Origin: Dipteris shenzhenensis
Lineage: Eukaryota
DNA length: 64,000 bases
Reading direction: 5' to 3' (one strand)
Assembly (NCBI GenBank): GCA_047967505.1
Contig: CM106538.1
Part shown: positions 1 through 11,786 of the stretch, piece after piece
Position numbering within the stretch: the first letter of the stretch is position 1
How the letters are laid out: each line of letters starts with the position of its first letter
The notes under the pieces: generated by a model
What the model was told of the DNA's origin: nothing
Seen by the model: only the letters and a program-made list of their open reading frames with translations
Database searches by the model: none
Position numbers and translations under genes: made by a program

Positions 1-462
1 CACACCCCATCCCGCCCTGGTGCATTTGGATATCAGCAATCCATCATCATCATATTGGGAAAAGGGTAATACCCATCATTTATGAAGCAGGTATACGGTA
101 TTGGTACTAGCTCGGTCGCACCATTGATAATAATAAATTCATATCATCCATGTGTGGTATTTTCACCATTGTGGCCTTTGGTCACCATGGGTATCATGGT
201 GCCCTAGTATTCCTATGCCCATATATGGCATACAATATATAGAATGAGTGTTTCAATAATCCGAATGGATGCAATAACGTCCTCAAATTTATATTTCCCA
301 AACCTTTTCAATTACTACACAAAAAATATACAAAAATCAATCATACTTCAAATCTCAAACCTTTCTTCCATTGAGGTCACTAGCAAAGATGAGGCCAGAG
401 CAAGACCAATTAGGTCCTATACATACTCCCCCTACAATGGATCTGCAAAATTCCCCAAGGGG

Positions 463-463
<1 letters not shown>

Positions 464-526
<63 letters not shown>
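464..526. repeat. (GT)n microsatellite
   Basis: Perfect GT run; explains the CVCVCV/HTHTHT ORFs. Confidence 0.98.
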
Positions 527-528
<2 letters not shown>

Positions 529-2979
529 CAAGACAAACAATATCCATCTTAGACTTATCAATCAAGACAGTACATGATAAGATAATTTTTACACGGAGGG
601 ATTGAAAATATATATTCAATTTTCTAATTTATAAATACCAAATGATATTGAAGGAGCTCCACTCACCTGCATCTATCCACAACAAGGACAAGTTAGAACA
701 AGAATCCTTACTTGTGGGACTGCAGGCTTCAAAGCGCAGCTCCACTTGTTATCAATGTCCCAATATCATAAGCCATTTACAATGGTAAACTATGTCGACC
801 TTGGATGGTGCATCATGTGGCACCTCAACATTTGAGTCACAGGTATCCAGATGCTCCACATGTATTCACTCTTTTTGAGCTGCCATTTTACAAATTTCCC
901 CAAACAAGGGTTCATAAGATACTTTCACATCATATATTGTACGGTGCCCTCTCCTAAGACAAATGGTCAACTTGTAAGTATTTGAAGAAATAAAACTACA
1001 ATCATGATAATAAAAGATTAAGTTCCTATGTGGAAGTCATAGTTGTCTTTCCTTATATGCCTCCTTATACTACGGTAGTTGTTTCATTGCCTTCACATAT
1101 AACAAAGGCAAGAAGACAAAGACTTGTCTAAGTCATCCATACTTCATGCCCCACACATATTATCTAATGTTAAAACCATGATAGGATAAATTCCCATATA
1201 CATGGTGTTCCATAGCCAATCCTTTAAGGATGGTAGTAAATGTCGACAAAATGCCACATACCAATGTATACTTTATACATAGAAAGTGCTTTAATAAAGG
1301 AAATCACACCTTATGTGGAGTAGATCCGAACTCTCGTAATTCGCCCGATTTTGCTTAGCATGTAAAAGTCCTTCACCTTGTGCTCTTAATAGTGAGTATG
1401 CAAGCACTAATTAATTGTCCATCCATGGAATGAAGCTTGTAAGCTCGTGCACTGCCTTCCATGATTTATGTCACAATCATACAGTCCCCGTAGCCATTAT
1501 CTACTTTGGTCTCATACTTAGCCAAAGAAAGAGCAAAATAGCTATGAAAGTCAGTAGTAGATAATTATGGCTTACCCTTCAAAAACCCAGTAATCAGTTA
1601 TATTCCTAGCCAACCAAATCCTTTGCTAGTACCACCATGTGACGACTTAGTAGTCTATGGAGTCATCTCGTCCTTCTGCATGTTCCCAATATTGATAGAT
1701 ATGTAAGCATTCCATCCTTTATTATTGGCGCCTAGTACCGAGGTGGTAGTCGATCACATTGGCTCTACATCGTCAGCCGAAAGCATGGGATCTCCAAGAA
1801 ATGTAACTGCTATCGATTATCATCACGGTGGTGATCATCACAACAACAAAAATGGTGCTCATATGTGACGTGTAGGAAAAAATATATGTCTTACTGTGTA
1901 GACAATGATCTTAAATGGTAGAAAAATTGTTTGCGAGTTGGGTGACAAGTGCTTATCCTGAGAGGTATCCGTGGCTCGGAAGGCGGTCACTGGTTAGAAG
2001 CTGGTTAGGCTGCCATCTCGTACTATTTTCACTTCTTTACTAGCTCGTCCAAGCCTGAGTGGATATGTTGGCTTAGATCAGCCAATCTCAGTGATCCCTG
2101 TGTGCAACTATAGATCGTAGGCGACACCTCCACAAAATTGTGAGCAGCCGTGCAGCTTAGGAAGTAGCCATGAAAACCAACACATAGTCCATCTTGTAGG
2201 TAGCGAGAGGCTGGCGACGAGTTTACTACTCCGTGAAGGATGTGATTACGAAGCTCATGGAATAGCTCTAAGTCTACCACGTAGAGAGACCAGCGATCAA
2301 TTCTACGCATAGCAAGAATGCTTCAAGAAGCCTACTGGATGTGGCTTAAGGCAAAGAGGCAAATCGTATATATCAAGCTCTATCTCAGGAGGAAGAAGGT
2401 GTGCTTTGAGTAGCTCTGGCCTGTAGGGAATGCTTATATAGCCAATACGTGCTACAACCGACTCAATTGGTTCAGTTTAGTGTGTCGTTTCATTTCCCCT
2501 TGAGTAATATTACGTAAAAACAAGTATAATATACGTAGTAATCATGAAGACCATGTAATTTTATGAGAGCGCTCCTTCAAATAGTCGTGACTTGTAGTTT
2601 TGAATTTTTGTCCATTCAATGAATATACTCGATGTACCCTTCTATTATCATTCAAAGGCTCCCATCATATTTATTAAGGAGATGAACACGTATGCACATA
2701 TCATCAGGTTGTGATGCTTGGGTTCCCATGGGCCGTAGATAATGTTTTAATGCTCTTTGACTTCCCAGCATATCAAGGATTATACTGTATGTGCTCCTTT
2801 ATTATCACCAAGAGGTTTCATTCATAGATATGACACCATACAAGAGCGAAGTTTGAACATGTACCATGAAGTTCCATAATTCTTACCGTAAAACATTTCA
2901 TGAATCATCAGATATTCAATCACCACATTAATGTAATGGTCTAGCTTTGAATGCTAGCCCAACACCATAATGTTGTAGA

Positions 2980-2981
<2 letters not shown>

Positions 2982-3011
<30 letters not shown>
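2982..3011. repeat. (GT)n microsatellite, left flank of small LTR element
   Basis: GT run directly abutting TGTTGAGATATGG at 3012. Confidence 0.95.
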
Positions 3012-3012
<1 letters not shown>

Positions 3013-4499
3013 GTTGAGATATGGTGCCATGAGCACATAGATTAGAGGCTAAGGAATGGTATAGGAATGTATTAAAGTAGCCACCCTAGGATGTGGACTA
3101 CATGATATGGAGATGTGGATCAAGGGTATCCACAAGGAGAGATGTGGATCAAAGGATCCCACAAGTGTTGACTATTCTAAAGGCTCTCTCTATATAAGAA
3201 CCCTATTATGCACATTGGAATATATGGTTTGAGTGTTGCCTACAACTTGTGTCTTCTCTCTCATGGATTTCCTTGTTTGATTTTATGATGCCTGGAAGGA
3301 AAAAGATGAAGCAGCACTATCACTCATTGGTTTGCACTTGGGTCCAAACATAATTCATCATATAGACTCCAAGGATCATGCCAAAGATGCATGGGATGAG
3401 TTGAACACAGTGTTTGGTGAAAAAGCCAAAAACCAAGAAATTCATCTTAAGATTGAATTCTATGGTTTGTACATGAGCTTCAATGAATCCATGGCATGAT
3501 TTGTCAACAAAATCAAAAGCATTATGACCCAACTAGAAGGCAAAGGGGAAAAAGATACACTTGCAATTCTCCTTAAAAGTATGCCTACAGAGTACAATGC
3601 ACTGACAACCACTTTGAAGAATCTCCCAGATCCAAAGTTTGAGGAATGTGTATCCTCTCTTCTTGAAAAAGAAAGAGAGTAGAAGGCATCAACATCGACA
3701 TCAACATTAACATGCAACAGCAATAATGAAGAAAAAGCATTGTTCAGTAAAACATCAACGAAGTGTTACCATTGCGAAAGGATGGGTCACTACTATCAAA
3801 GTGACTGCAGACTGAAGAACAAACCAAAGTGTCACCATTGCAAGAAGCTGGGACACAAGGAAGAAGATTGCAGATTGAAGAACCAGCAAGTCAACTACAT
3901 GGAGTCATCATCAAGCCATGAGCAGAATGACAAGAATAACATGTATTGAGAAGCAAAAGCCTTGCCACCTTCAGCCCACACGTTTGTAAATCAAACCTGA
4001 CCACCTAAGAGTAGCCATGTAAGCACCCAGGGGAGGATTTGATCTTGTAATAACCACACTGGACCACCTTAAGTAGCAATGTATGCACTAAGGGGAGGTG
4101 ATGGATTTGTAACTCACATCTCACCACCTTGCAGTAGCCAATGGATCATGGCACCAAGGGGAGGTGTTGAGATATGGTGCCATGAGCACATAGATTAGAG
4201 GCTAAGGTATGGTATAGGAATGTATTAAAGTAGCCACCCTAGGATGTGGAGATGTGGATCAAGGATATCCACAAGGAGAGATGTGGATCAGAGGATCCCA
4301 TAAGTGTTGACTATTCTAAAGGCTCTCTCTATATAAGAAGCCTATTATGCACATTGGAATATATTGTTGAGTGTTGCCTACAACTTGTGTCTTCTCTCTC
4401 ATGGATTTCCTTGTTTGGTTTTATCCTCCTTAGCATGTTCACTAATCTTGTTGCCCTAGGCTAATGGCAGTCCATTTGTGTATCTTATCTTGTATTTTA

Positions 4500-4501
<2 letters not shown>
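3012..4501 (+). mobile_element. Small non-autonomous gag-only LTR retrotransposon (Copia-type gag, TR-GAG-like)
   Basis: Direct repeats start TGTTGAGATATGGTGCCATG at 3012 and 4165. 5' copy breaks off at ~3286; 3' copy runs to ~4501 and is preceded by polypurine AGGGGAGG. Degenerate gag between them, no pol. Confidence 0.85.
3284..3949 (+). pseudogene. Copia-type gag remnant (UBN2-like region plus two CCHC zinc knuckles)
   Basis: Reads YDAWKEKDEAALSLIGLHLGPNIIHHIDSKDHAKDAWDELNTVFG...ILLKSMPTEYNAL with two in-frame stops, then CYHCERMGHYYQSDC and CHHCKKLGHKEEDC. Confidence 0.85.

Positions 4502-4531
<30 letters not shown>
4502..4531. repeat. (GT)n microsatellite, right flank of small LTR element
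   Basis: GT run directly after the 3' LTR end. Confidence 0.95.
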
Positions 4532-4534
<3 letters not shown>

Positions 4535-5779
4535 ATTTTGGCATTGACATTACTTGTATTGCAATGTGATTTGTACTCTTTTCCTAGAAGATGATGCTAC
4601 CCTTATATTGCCTAGTCAACAAGTTGTGGTGTCACAACAGCATCATGCCTTGGATCCTAAGGTTGACATGTAGTCTTGAGTTAACTCTTTGTGTGATAGA
4701 GTGCGTACATATCTATAAATATCCTAGCACAAATAAAATGTTAGTTTTACAATGTACCAGCATTATGTGACCTATGAAAAGTATGGGCATATGTCAATAG
4801 ATTGCAACCTGATATACTGGCCTTATAAGAGCATAGTCAGCATGGGTATATAGGCCAATAGGGCATTTTGTAGGATATGACATTTTCTAAGCAAGAGACA
4901 ACTCATCATGATAGTTCTTGTGGAACATGCAATTTAGCCTTTTGTGCCCTTGAATGATCGAAAAGGTTGATGGATTGTGATGCAATGTCTTTTGCAAAAG
5001 AGAGATAATTGAGTTTTCCTCTTTGCAATCATTGCATCATAGAGCATTGAACTAGTAGGCTATGCTTTCTTTGTGGGAATCTCAATAATGCTTCGCAACC
5101 ACTCAGGAGATAATGTGTTTGGCCATACACACATGCTAGCCTCGGAGCATGTGAAGTGGACTCAAATATTCCTCCAGTAGATTCTTGCCAACCTATGGAA
5201 AGAGACATGAATTTCATGTGTACCAATATGATTCATGTACTTGCTACATGTGGGCCAATTATGCATTCCCGCATCCGAATCATGCTTTGCTTTTGTTGAT
5301 GTTGACTTTTTATGAAGTGTAGACTGAAAGCCTCTTGGATAAAAGGCTAATTATTAAAAATAATAGTTACTTGTAGCATGAGGCATACAGTGACATTTTG
5401 CATGATGCCATTGCTCCTCTTGGGCACACTGCCACATTGATCTTGATTATGCATGGAATGCCTTTGTGACCCGTATGCAGTACGTAATCAGTGAGTATGA
5501 CAAGAAATGCATACTCTTAGGGAGGATGTTGCCAAGGCCAAAGACTGTAGGAAAGTCGAGAAGTGGGAAACCAAGGCCAAGCAGAGGGCTTCCGTTGGTA
5601 AGGGATGCTCATCAAAGGAATTTTTTTAAAGATCTGCACTATAAGATGCAAATTGAGAATATTTGCCAAGTTAAAATTGCAGGTGATCTCCTCATCAAGT
5701 CATGCAAATTGAAGCTCCGTTCTTCCTGCATATTGGGATGCCATTTTGCTTGCACTATTATATATGATTAATCATGCAA

Positions 5780-6460
5780 CAAATGCCAGCTACTTTGGAA
5801 ACAAGGGTTGATTAAATTATCCCATAAGAAGCGTTTCTGTGAATCCTTTGTAGATTGGAGGCCCATCACACTCATCCATGTCATCCACAAGGTGGTTGCT
5901 ATGATGATAATGAGCTTTATCAAAAGTTTCTTGCATGAGGATTACACCTTGCCCATTATGGGTTCATTCCCCACAGACATATAATAGATAATATTGACAA
6001 TGCTTATGTGGGAATTGAATATGCAAAGTACACTGAAAAGATGTTCTCTTATTGCAAGTGGATATTGCTATATCATTTGATATTGTACAATGGGATTTCA
6101 TTTCACAGACTATGCAATCATTGGGAGTTGGGACAAAAATGCAACTTACCATTTATTAGTTGTATCGGGATAGTAAAGCTATTTGCATTCTAACTGGTGA
6201 TCTCACTGATGAATTGACACTTTCTTGTTTAGTACATTAAGGCTGCCCTCTTAGTGTGTTGCTATATGCGATAGCTACTCATGCAATGCTTCAATACATG
6301 GATCAATTAGTAACTACAGGTGCATTGCATGGGTTAGAGATACATGTAAGAAGGTCGTTGATTGCACAAGCTTATGCTAATGACGACTCCTTCACTCCCC
6401 AAAACACAAAGAGGGATCTTTCGTGCCTTATGCGTGCTTTATCCTTATGCAGGTGAATTC
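5780..6460 (+). mobile_element. Highly degenerate LINE (L1/Tx1-like) reverse transcriptase fragment
   Basis: Frameshifted motifs WKQGLIKL, DWRPITLIHVIHKVVA, GCPLSVLLYAIA and AYANDD (YADD equivalent). Boundaries approximate. Confidence 0.7.
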
Positions 6461-7289
6461 CAAAAGTGTAAGCTTATTCCACTGCATGTGAAAGATTGGC
6501 ATCATATTTTATGGCTTACCTACAGAGCTTGTTGTTCATTGTTGTTGGCCGATGTCCTGGTTGCAAAGTTGTGTAAGGTTTTGTTGCCTTCTCATTGGGT
6601 TTCTTCTCATGTAAATTGCATCTGGCCTATGGCTCATAATTCTCAATGGCGGAGAAAAAGGTTGCAACATATTTGGGCTTGCAAACCTCCCCTTCGTTTA
6701 GAGCAAATTTTCTCATGGCAAATTCTGCTTGGGTTTATTCCATTTGGATAGATCTTGGCACGCCGTCATATTGCTCCTACTACTTGTCACCGATGTGTGT
6801 CCCCCCAAGAGTCTATGCCTCATCTATTTTGGCATTACCATCAAACTCGTGACTTCTTGTTTTCTCCACAGCATCATCTCCAAGCATGCATTTCTAGTGC
6901 TTGCTTTGGCAAGGTCTTCTAGCTGATTGGGGTTCACCTAGGGGTGTAACCTGTTCTTTACTTGGGCTTGCTATTGGGAACTATGACTCTATGGAAGGAC
7001 CGAAAGCATAGGGCCTTTGTTGATCCATCCCTTGCCTAGTATCCCTTCTTCCTATCATCTTTATAGAAATCTTTCTTCGACTATTTGCAAGCTCGAGATC
7101 TCAATTCCTACTTTCTTGTCATATAATGAGACCTTTTGATGTTGTAGCTACATGTCCCCTCCTTAGAGATTGCTTTTGTAATATAAATACAAATAGTTTT
7201 CGCCCCAAAAAAAAAGTGTGCACATGCGTATGTGCATGATAGTAGGGCACACGCACGTGCAACCACATATGTATATATGCCCCGTCGTC

Positions 7290-9378
7290 GAAGAAAAGGG
7301 TGAATTGACTTCAACATCTTTAACCACTCCCTCTTGCTAGGAAACACCACCATTTGCCATCCACTCCACGCAATCATCACAAAATGCCCGTAGTTGATAC
7401 ACTTTACCTTGCTTTTCTTGTTCCCACTACTACAAGAACCTCTCCCTTAGAGGAATCCTTCGAGTTGCCTTATTAGGCTTGTCCTTAGCTTCCCATTTGT
7501 CTAAAATAAGAAAGCTCGTCATCTAATCCATTGAATGACAGACTCTTCAATGGTCATTGGCCTTGAATGCTCTGTCAACATAATGCTTGTCAGAAATTCG
7601 CTAATGCTTTGAGGAAGCATTTGTTCAATATGAACATGGCTAGACCATTGTTGTCCACCTTTTAGCCAACCACAGCCCATTGATTCTTAAGTATCTTGAC
7701 CTTTCTAGTGTGATCATGCACTAAGGCACCTTCTGCCATTCTCATGGCATAAACATGATTCTGGAGATTCAGAACTCATGTGGAGTTACTCATACCATAG
7801 GTATCCCTGCTGAGGAATGATCTTGAAGGCTGTTTTTGCAGGCTAGATGTGAGAAAATTCCTTGAAGGTTTCTCACTAAGCCTCGGAATACTCTCACACT
7901 TAAGAGTTGTCTAGTAACAGCAAGACTAGTTGTTTCTAGCTTTGTCTCCAGTTGTCTCCAGCCTTCTTCCCACAATCATCTCAAAATGTCCTAGGTTGAC
8001 GTAGTTGATACGCTTTATCTTGCTCTTCTTGTTACCACTATTACAAGACTTCTCTCCAGAGGAATCCTTAAAGTTGCCCTTATTAGGCTTGCCCTCAACC
8101 TTTCCATTTGTCTAATAAAAGACAAACCTCATCATCCTAATCCATTGAACGACAGAGTCTTCAATGGTCATTGGCCTTGAATGCTCTGTCAACGTTATGC
8201 CTGTCATAAATTCTCCGATGCTTTGAGGAAGCACTTGTTCAATATGAACATGGCTAGTACATTGTTGTACACCTTTTAGCCAACCAAAAGCCAACTGATT
8301 CTTGAGTATCTTGACCTTTCTAGTGTGATCACGCACTAAGCCACCTTCTACCAACCTCATGGCATAAACACTGATTCTGAAGATTGAGCACTAATGTGGG
8401 GTTAACTCATATCATATGTATCCCTTCCGAGGAATGAAATCTTGAAGGCCGTTTTTGCAGGCTAGACATGAGAAATCACCATGCCTGCCAATGTTCCCAT
8501 GACAATTGAGAGAACACTGCATCCATTCCTGCACTCTTCTACCTCAACTGGAACTGGAGTTGTGACTTCTTTACCAATGATTATATCAATCAGCTGCTTC
8601 TCCTACATGCTAACATATGACTCCTCAACTTAACATTCCAAAGTGATCCTCGGTACAAACGTGAGGCCATCTCCAACTGAGAAAGAAAAACTAGATAGAC
8701 GCCACATATCTTCTTCCTTCTCAAGAGGATCTCCTTGCTTATGCAGATCCTTGGAGTTAACATTTGGCTCTGATACCATGTCAGAGAATAATCAGTACAC
8801 TCAGTACTATTTCGTAGTAAAATGCAGATGAGCAACGGAACACATAACTCTTTCCAATCTCGCACCAAAGAAACACACTACCATTATTTAACAAAACAAT
8901 TGCAGCAAAGATGAACCTCATAGATGCTCCTCCAAATAGTGGACTATGCAGGTACAAAACGGAAAATCTCAGCCAAAAGCCTCAATCAGAGCTGAGAACT
9001 GCTGCTGCTCCTGTATTGCTTGGCCATGGAAGGTTATTAATGGGAAGCCTCTTACGAGGGTTGGGCAGGCAATCCCCACGACCCTCCCCCCTTCTCTTCT
9101 TCCTCTCGACCTGACCTCCTGACCGACCAGCCCCATTGGCCAAGCAGATGGCTGACCAGGTGGGCACTGGTCAGACTCATAGATGGCCCTTTAAAGCCTG
9201 GGCTAGTCCAGACCAGGTCTGCCTTGAAGAAGCCTGCAAGACAGGCTTGTAGCCCTTGCTGGGCAAAAAAACACAGCTTATGAAGCCCATGTGCAGCCCT
9301 CCTCCTAACTAGTCCTCAGCCCCCTCTCCTCAAATGGGGGCTCACAATTAGGTCATGTCTCAAATCACCTCCGCTACA
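7290..9378 (-). mobile_element. Truncated Ty1/Copia remnant: 5' LTR (~8779-9378), Met-tRNA PBS, duplicated gag fragment
   Basis: Minus-strand TGACA-TGGTATCAGAGCC at 8766-8783. Gag text MAEGALVHDHTRKVKILKNQ-AVVG resembles the Copia gag at 42389. LTR shares GTGAGCCCCC/TTTGAGG/AGGGGGC with the LTR at 40921. Outer LTR end is inferred. Confidence 0.7.
7389..8480. repeat. Diverged direct duplication (~470 bp units, ~610 bp apart) within Copia gag
   Basis: CGTAGTTGATAC...CTGTTTTTGCAGGCTAGA occurs at ~7389-7858 and ~8000-8478. Confidence 0.85.
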
Positions 9379-9716
9379 GATGCACATCCAGTCACAGTAC
9401 ATTTTATGTAATGTTTTTCTATCTAGCTTTGATGCAAGAGCTGTGCCCTTTGAGGATTGTCATAAACCTCCAGAATATTCGCAGATGGTGTCCCCTCAGA
9501 AGTGCACCTTTCTTGTCATCATCTCACATGTCTAGTTACAGGCTGCCCAAACTGAGCACATATCCTTCTTCCTCCGTTTTTAAATGACATATTTTGGTTG
9601 TGCATATAGATCTTTGTTTTGGGGATGCTCATTATAAGCCATCATAGATACATGCACCGTTCAGCTGAGGTTAGTACACCAATCCTGGCTGTTGCTTGAG
9701 AATTCTTTCTCTTAAC
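9379..9716 (-). pseudogene. Decayed E+/DYW domain remnant downstream of PPR stop
   Basis: Across frameshifts/stops: QPG, WCTNLS*TVHV, EHPQNKDLYA, EEGYVLSL, DDDKKGAL, EGTP, LEVYDNPQRA, TALASKLDRK. These are collinear with E+/DYW; the HSE catalytic segment is absent. Confidence 0.7.
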
Positions 9717-11786
9717 CTACATTTTCTTGCGGTGCCCCTGCATGTCAGCAGCTGCATATATGTTTGCCATCAAGACATATGGTGCATCAAGTTTTTCGTC
9801 TAGTCTCACTGCATTTTCAAAGGCATGCCTTCCAACCTCTAAATTGTTCCACTTTTGGCATGCGCCCAAAACAGAGGACCACACAACCACATCAGGTTGG
9901 AAAGGCATTTTCTCCCCTGCAACCACTGCCCTGTCCACTTGGCCTGCACGGCCAAGGAGATCTATCATACAAGTACAGTGCTCAATAGCCGGCTTTATGC
10001 CATACTGTGTGTTCATAGCCTGAAAATATTTCTGACCCTTGTCTACAAGACCCTCATGACTGCAGACAGTGAGAACGTAAAGAAATGTGACCCCATTCGG
10101 CTCTATGCCTTCCTGCTTCATTCTCTCAAACAAACAAAATACAAGCTCACTCTCTCCCTGGTAGGCATATCCTGCGATCAATGTATTCCATGCTACAACA
10201 TCCCTTGTGGGGAGCACATCGAATATCAGTTGGGCATCAACCATGCTCCCACATTTAGCATACATGTCAATAAGACTGGTTGCCACAGTAATTGTAATCT
10301 GAAAACCAACCCTGCTAATTTGAGAATGGAATTCCTTTCCATTTTCCAAAGTTGCTGTGTTGCCACACGCTTTTAGGATGGCAACAAAGGTACAGATATT
10401 TGGTGACAGACCTTTATGTTGCATTTGTGCATACAATTGGAAAGCCTTCATGCTTTCTTCTTGCTCAGCGTACCCCAAAATCATGGTGCTCCACGTAACC
10501 ACACTGCGACAAGGCAATTCATCAAAGACACAGCGTGCATTCTCCAGGGTACCACATTTTGCATACATATCCACCAACGCAGTTCCAAGGAATACATCTG
10601 ACTCAAAGCCACTCATTACTACTCGGCAGTGAATGGCTCTACCTTTCTTCAGGCATTCTATCTGTGCAAATTTCTCTTCAACTTCCTTCCCTTCATCCAG
10701 TGCTACCAGGCTATTGCAAGCCTTCAATGCACCAATAAACGTTCGAGCATCTGGTAGTACACCTTCCCGTTGCATTCGTGCATACAAATCCAAAGACAGT
10801 ACACCTTCTTCCTGCTTGCTGTACCCCAGGATCATGGTAGTCCACGTAGTTACATCACGCTGAGGCAACGCATCAAAGACACGCTGTGCATCCTCCATGC
10901 TCCCACATTTTGCATACATACATACCAAGGTGGTTCCTACAAATACATCCGACTCAAATCCACCTGCAACTACTTGGGAGTGCATGACCCTACCGTTCAG
11001 CAAGCACCCTGTATTCATAATCTTCCCATCAATTTGCTCCCCATCTTCGCATGCTGCCAGACTACTACACACCTTCAATGTGCTAACAAAGGTTCGAGCA
11101 TTTGGTTGGACACTTTCTTCATCCATCCATGCGTACAATTGCAAAGCCTTCAATCCGTTTTCTTGCTCAGAATAACCCAAGAGCATAGCATTCCAGGCAG
11201 CCACATCACGATAAGGCAGTTCATCAAAAACTCGCCGTGCATCGTCCATTGTCCCACATTTTGCATACATGTCCAACAAGGCGGTTCCCACGTATACATC
11301 TGACTCAAAGCCACTCTTTACTACTAGGGAGTGGAGGGCTCTACCTTTCTCTAGGCATCCTAGTTTCACAAATATCCCATCAACTTGCTTCCCTTCTTCA
11401 CGTGCCGCTAGGCTACTACAACCCTTCAATGCGCCAACAAAGGTTCGATCACTTGGTTGGGCACCTTCCTGGAGCATCTGAGCATATAACTCTAAAGCCT
11501 GCACACCCTCTTCCCGTTTGGCATACCCCTGGATCATAATATTCCATGACACAACATTGCGATTTGGCATGTTGTCAAACACATGGCGGGCATCCAACAT
11601 GTTCCCTCGCTTCACAAACATAAGCATCAGATTGTTTGTCTTTATAATGACTGGAGCCTCCTTTTGACGTTCCATCCCAAACGCAGGAATTGTCTTGACC
11701 TCATTCAGCTCAGGCAACCCCTTGTAGACCGCCTTTCTAGCACCACAGGGATTACTGCAAGGGGGCCGCCTAAGCTGTGGGCTCAT
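9717..11786 (-). CDS. PLS-class pentatricopeptide repeat protein (E subclass), putative organellar RNA-editing specificity factor
   Basis: Uninterrupted 689-aa ORF with repeated P-L-S motifs (VVSWNIMIQGY, TFVGALKGC, VYVGTALLDMYAKCG), P2-L2-S2 (EHCTCMIDLLGRAG) and E motifs (PDVVVWSSVLGAC, APYVLMANIYA). True start uncertain. Confidence 0.95.
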   Translation of the reverse strand: MSPQLRRPPCSNPCGARKAVYKGLPELNEVKTIPAFGMERQKEAPVIIKTNNLMLMFVKRGNMLDARHVFDNMPNRNVVSWNIMIQGYAKREEGVQALELYAQMLQEGAQPSDRTFVGALKGCSSLAAREEGKQVDGIFVKLGCLEKGRALHSLVVKSGFESDVYVGTALLDMYAKCGTMDDARRVFDELPYRDVAAWNAMLLGYSEQENGLKALQLYAWMDEESVQPNARTFVSTLKVCSSLAACEDGEQIDGKIMNTGCLLNGRVMHSQVVAGGFESDVFVGTTLVCMYAKCGSMEDAQRVFDALPQRDVTTWTTMILGYSKQEEGVLSLDLYARMQREGVLPDARTFIGALKACNSLVALDEGKEVEEKFAQIECLKKGRAIHCRVVMSGFESDVFLGTALVDMYAKCGTLENARCVFDELPCRSVVTWSTMILGYAEQEESMKAFQLYAQMQHKGLSPNICTFVAILKACGNTATLENGKEFHSQISRVGFQITITVATSLIDMYAKCGSMVDAQLIFDVLPTRDVVAWNTLIAGYAYQGESELVFCLFERMKQEGIEPNGVTFLYVLTVCSHEGLVDKGQKYFQAMNTQYGIKPAIEHCTCMIDLLGRAGQVDRAVVAGEKMPFQPDVVVWSSVLGACQKWNNLEVGRHAFENAVRLDEKLDAPYVLMANIYAAADMQGHRKKM

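Noticed and set aside
244-619. ORFs with CVCVCV/HTHTHT
   Set aside because: Translation of a (GT)n microsatellite.
600-2980. Possible decayed coding sequence including ORF 2029-2310
   Set aside because: No recognisable motif; cannot be assigned by eye.
3984-4164. Repeat-spacer-like array resembling CRISPR
   Set aside because: Whole units are similar to each other, context is a eukaryotic LTR element, no cas genes.
7335-7370. Minus-strand VDGKWWC as the displaced DYW end (DGKCSC)
   Set aside because: Another frame matches Copia protease (EWMANGGVS...REWLKML) in the expected position.
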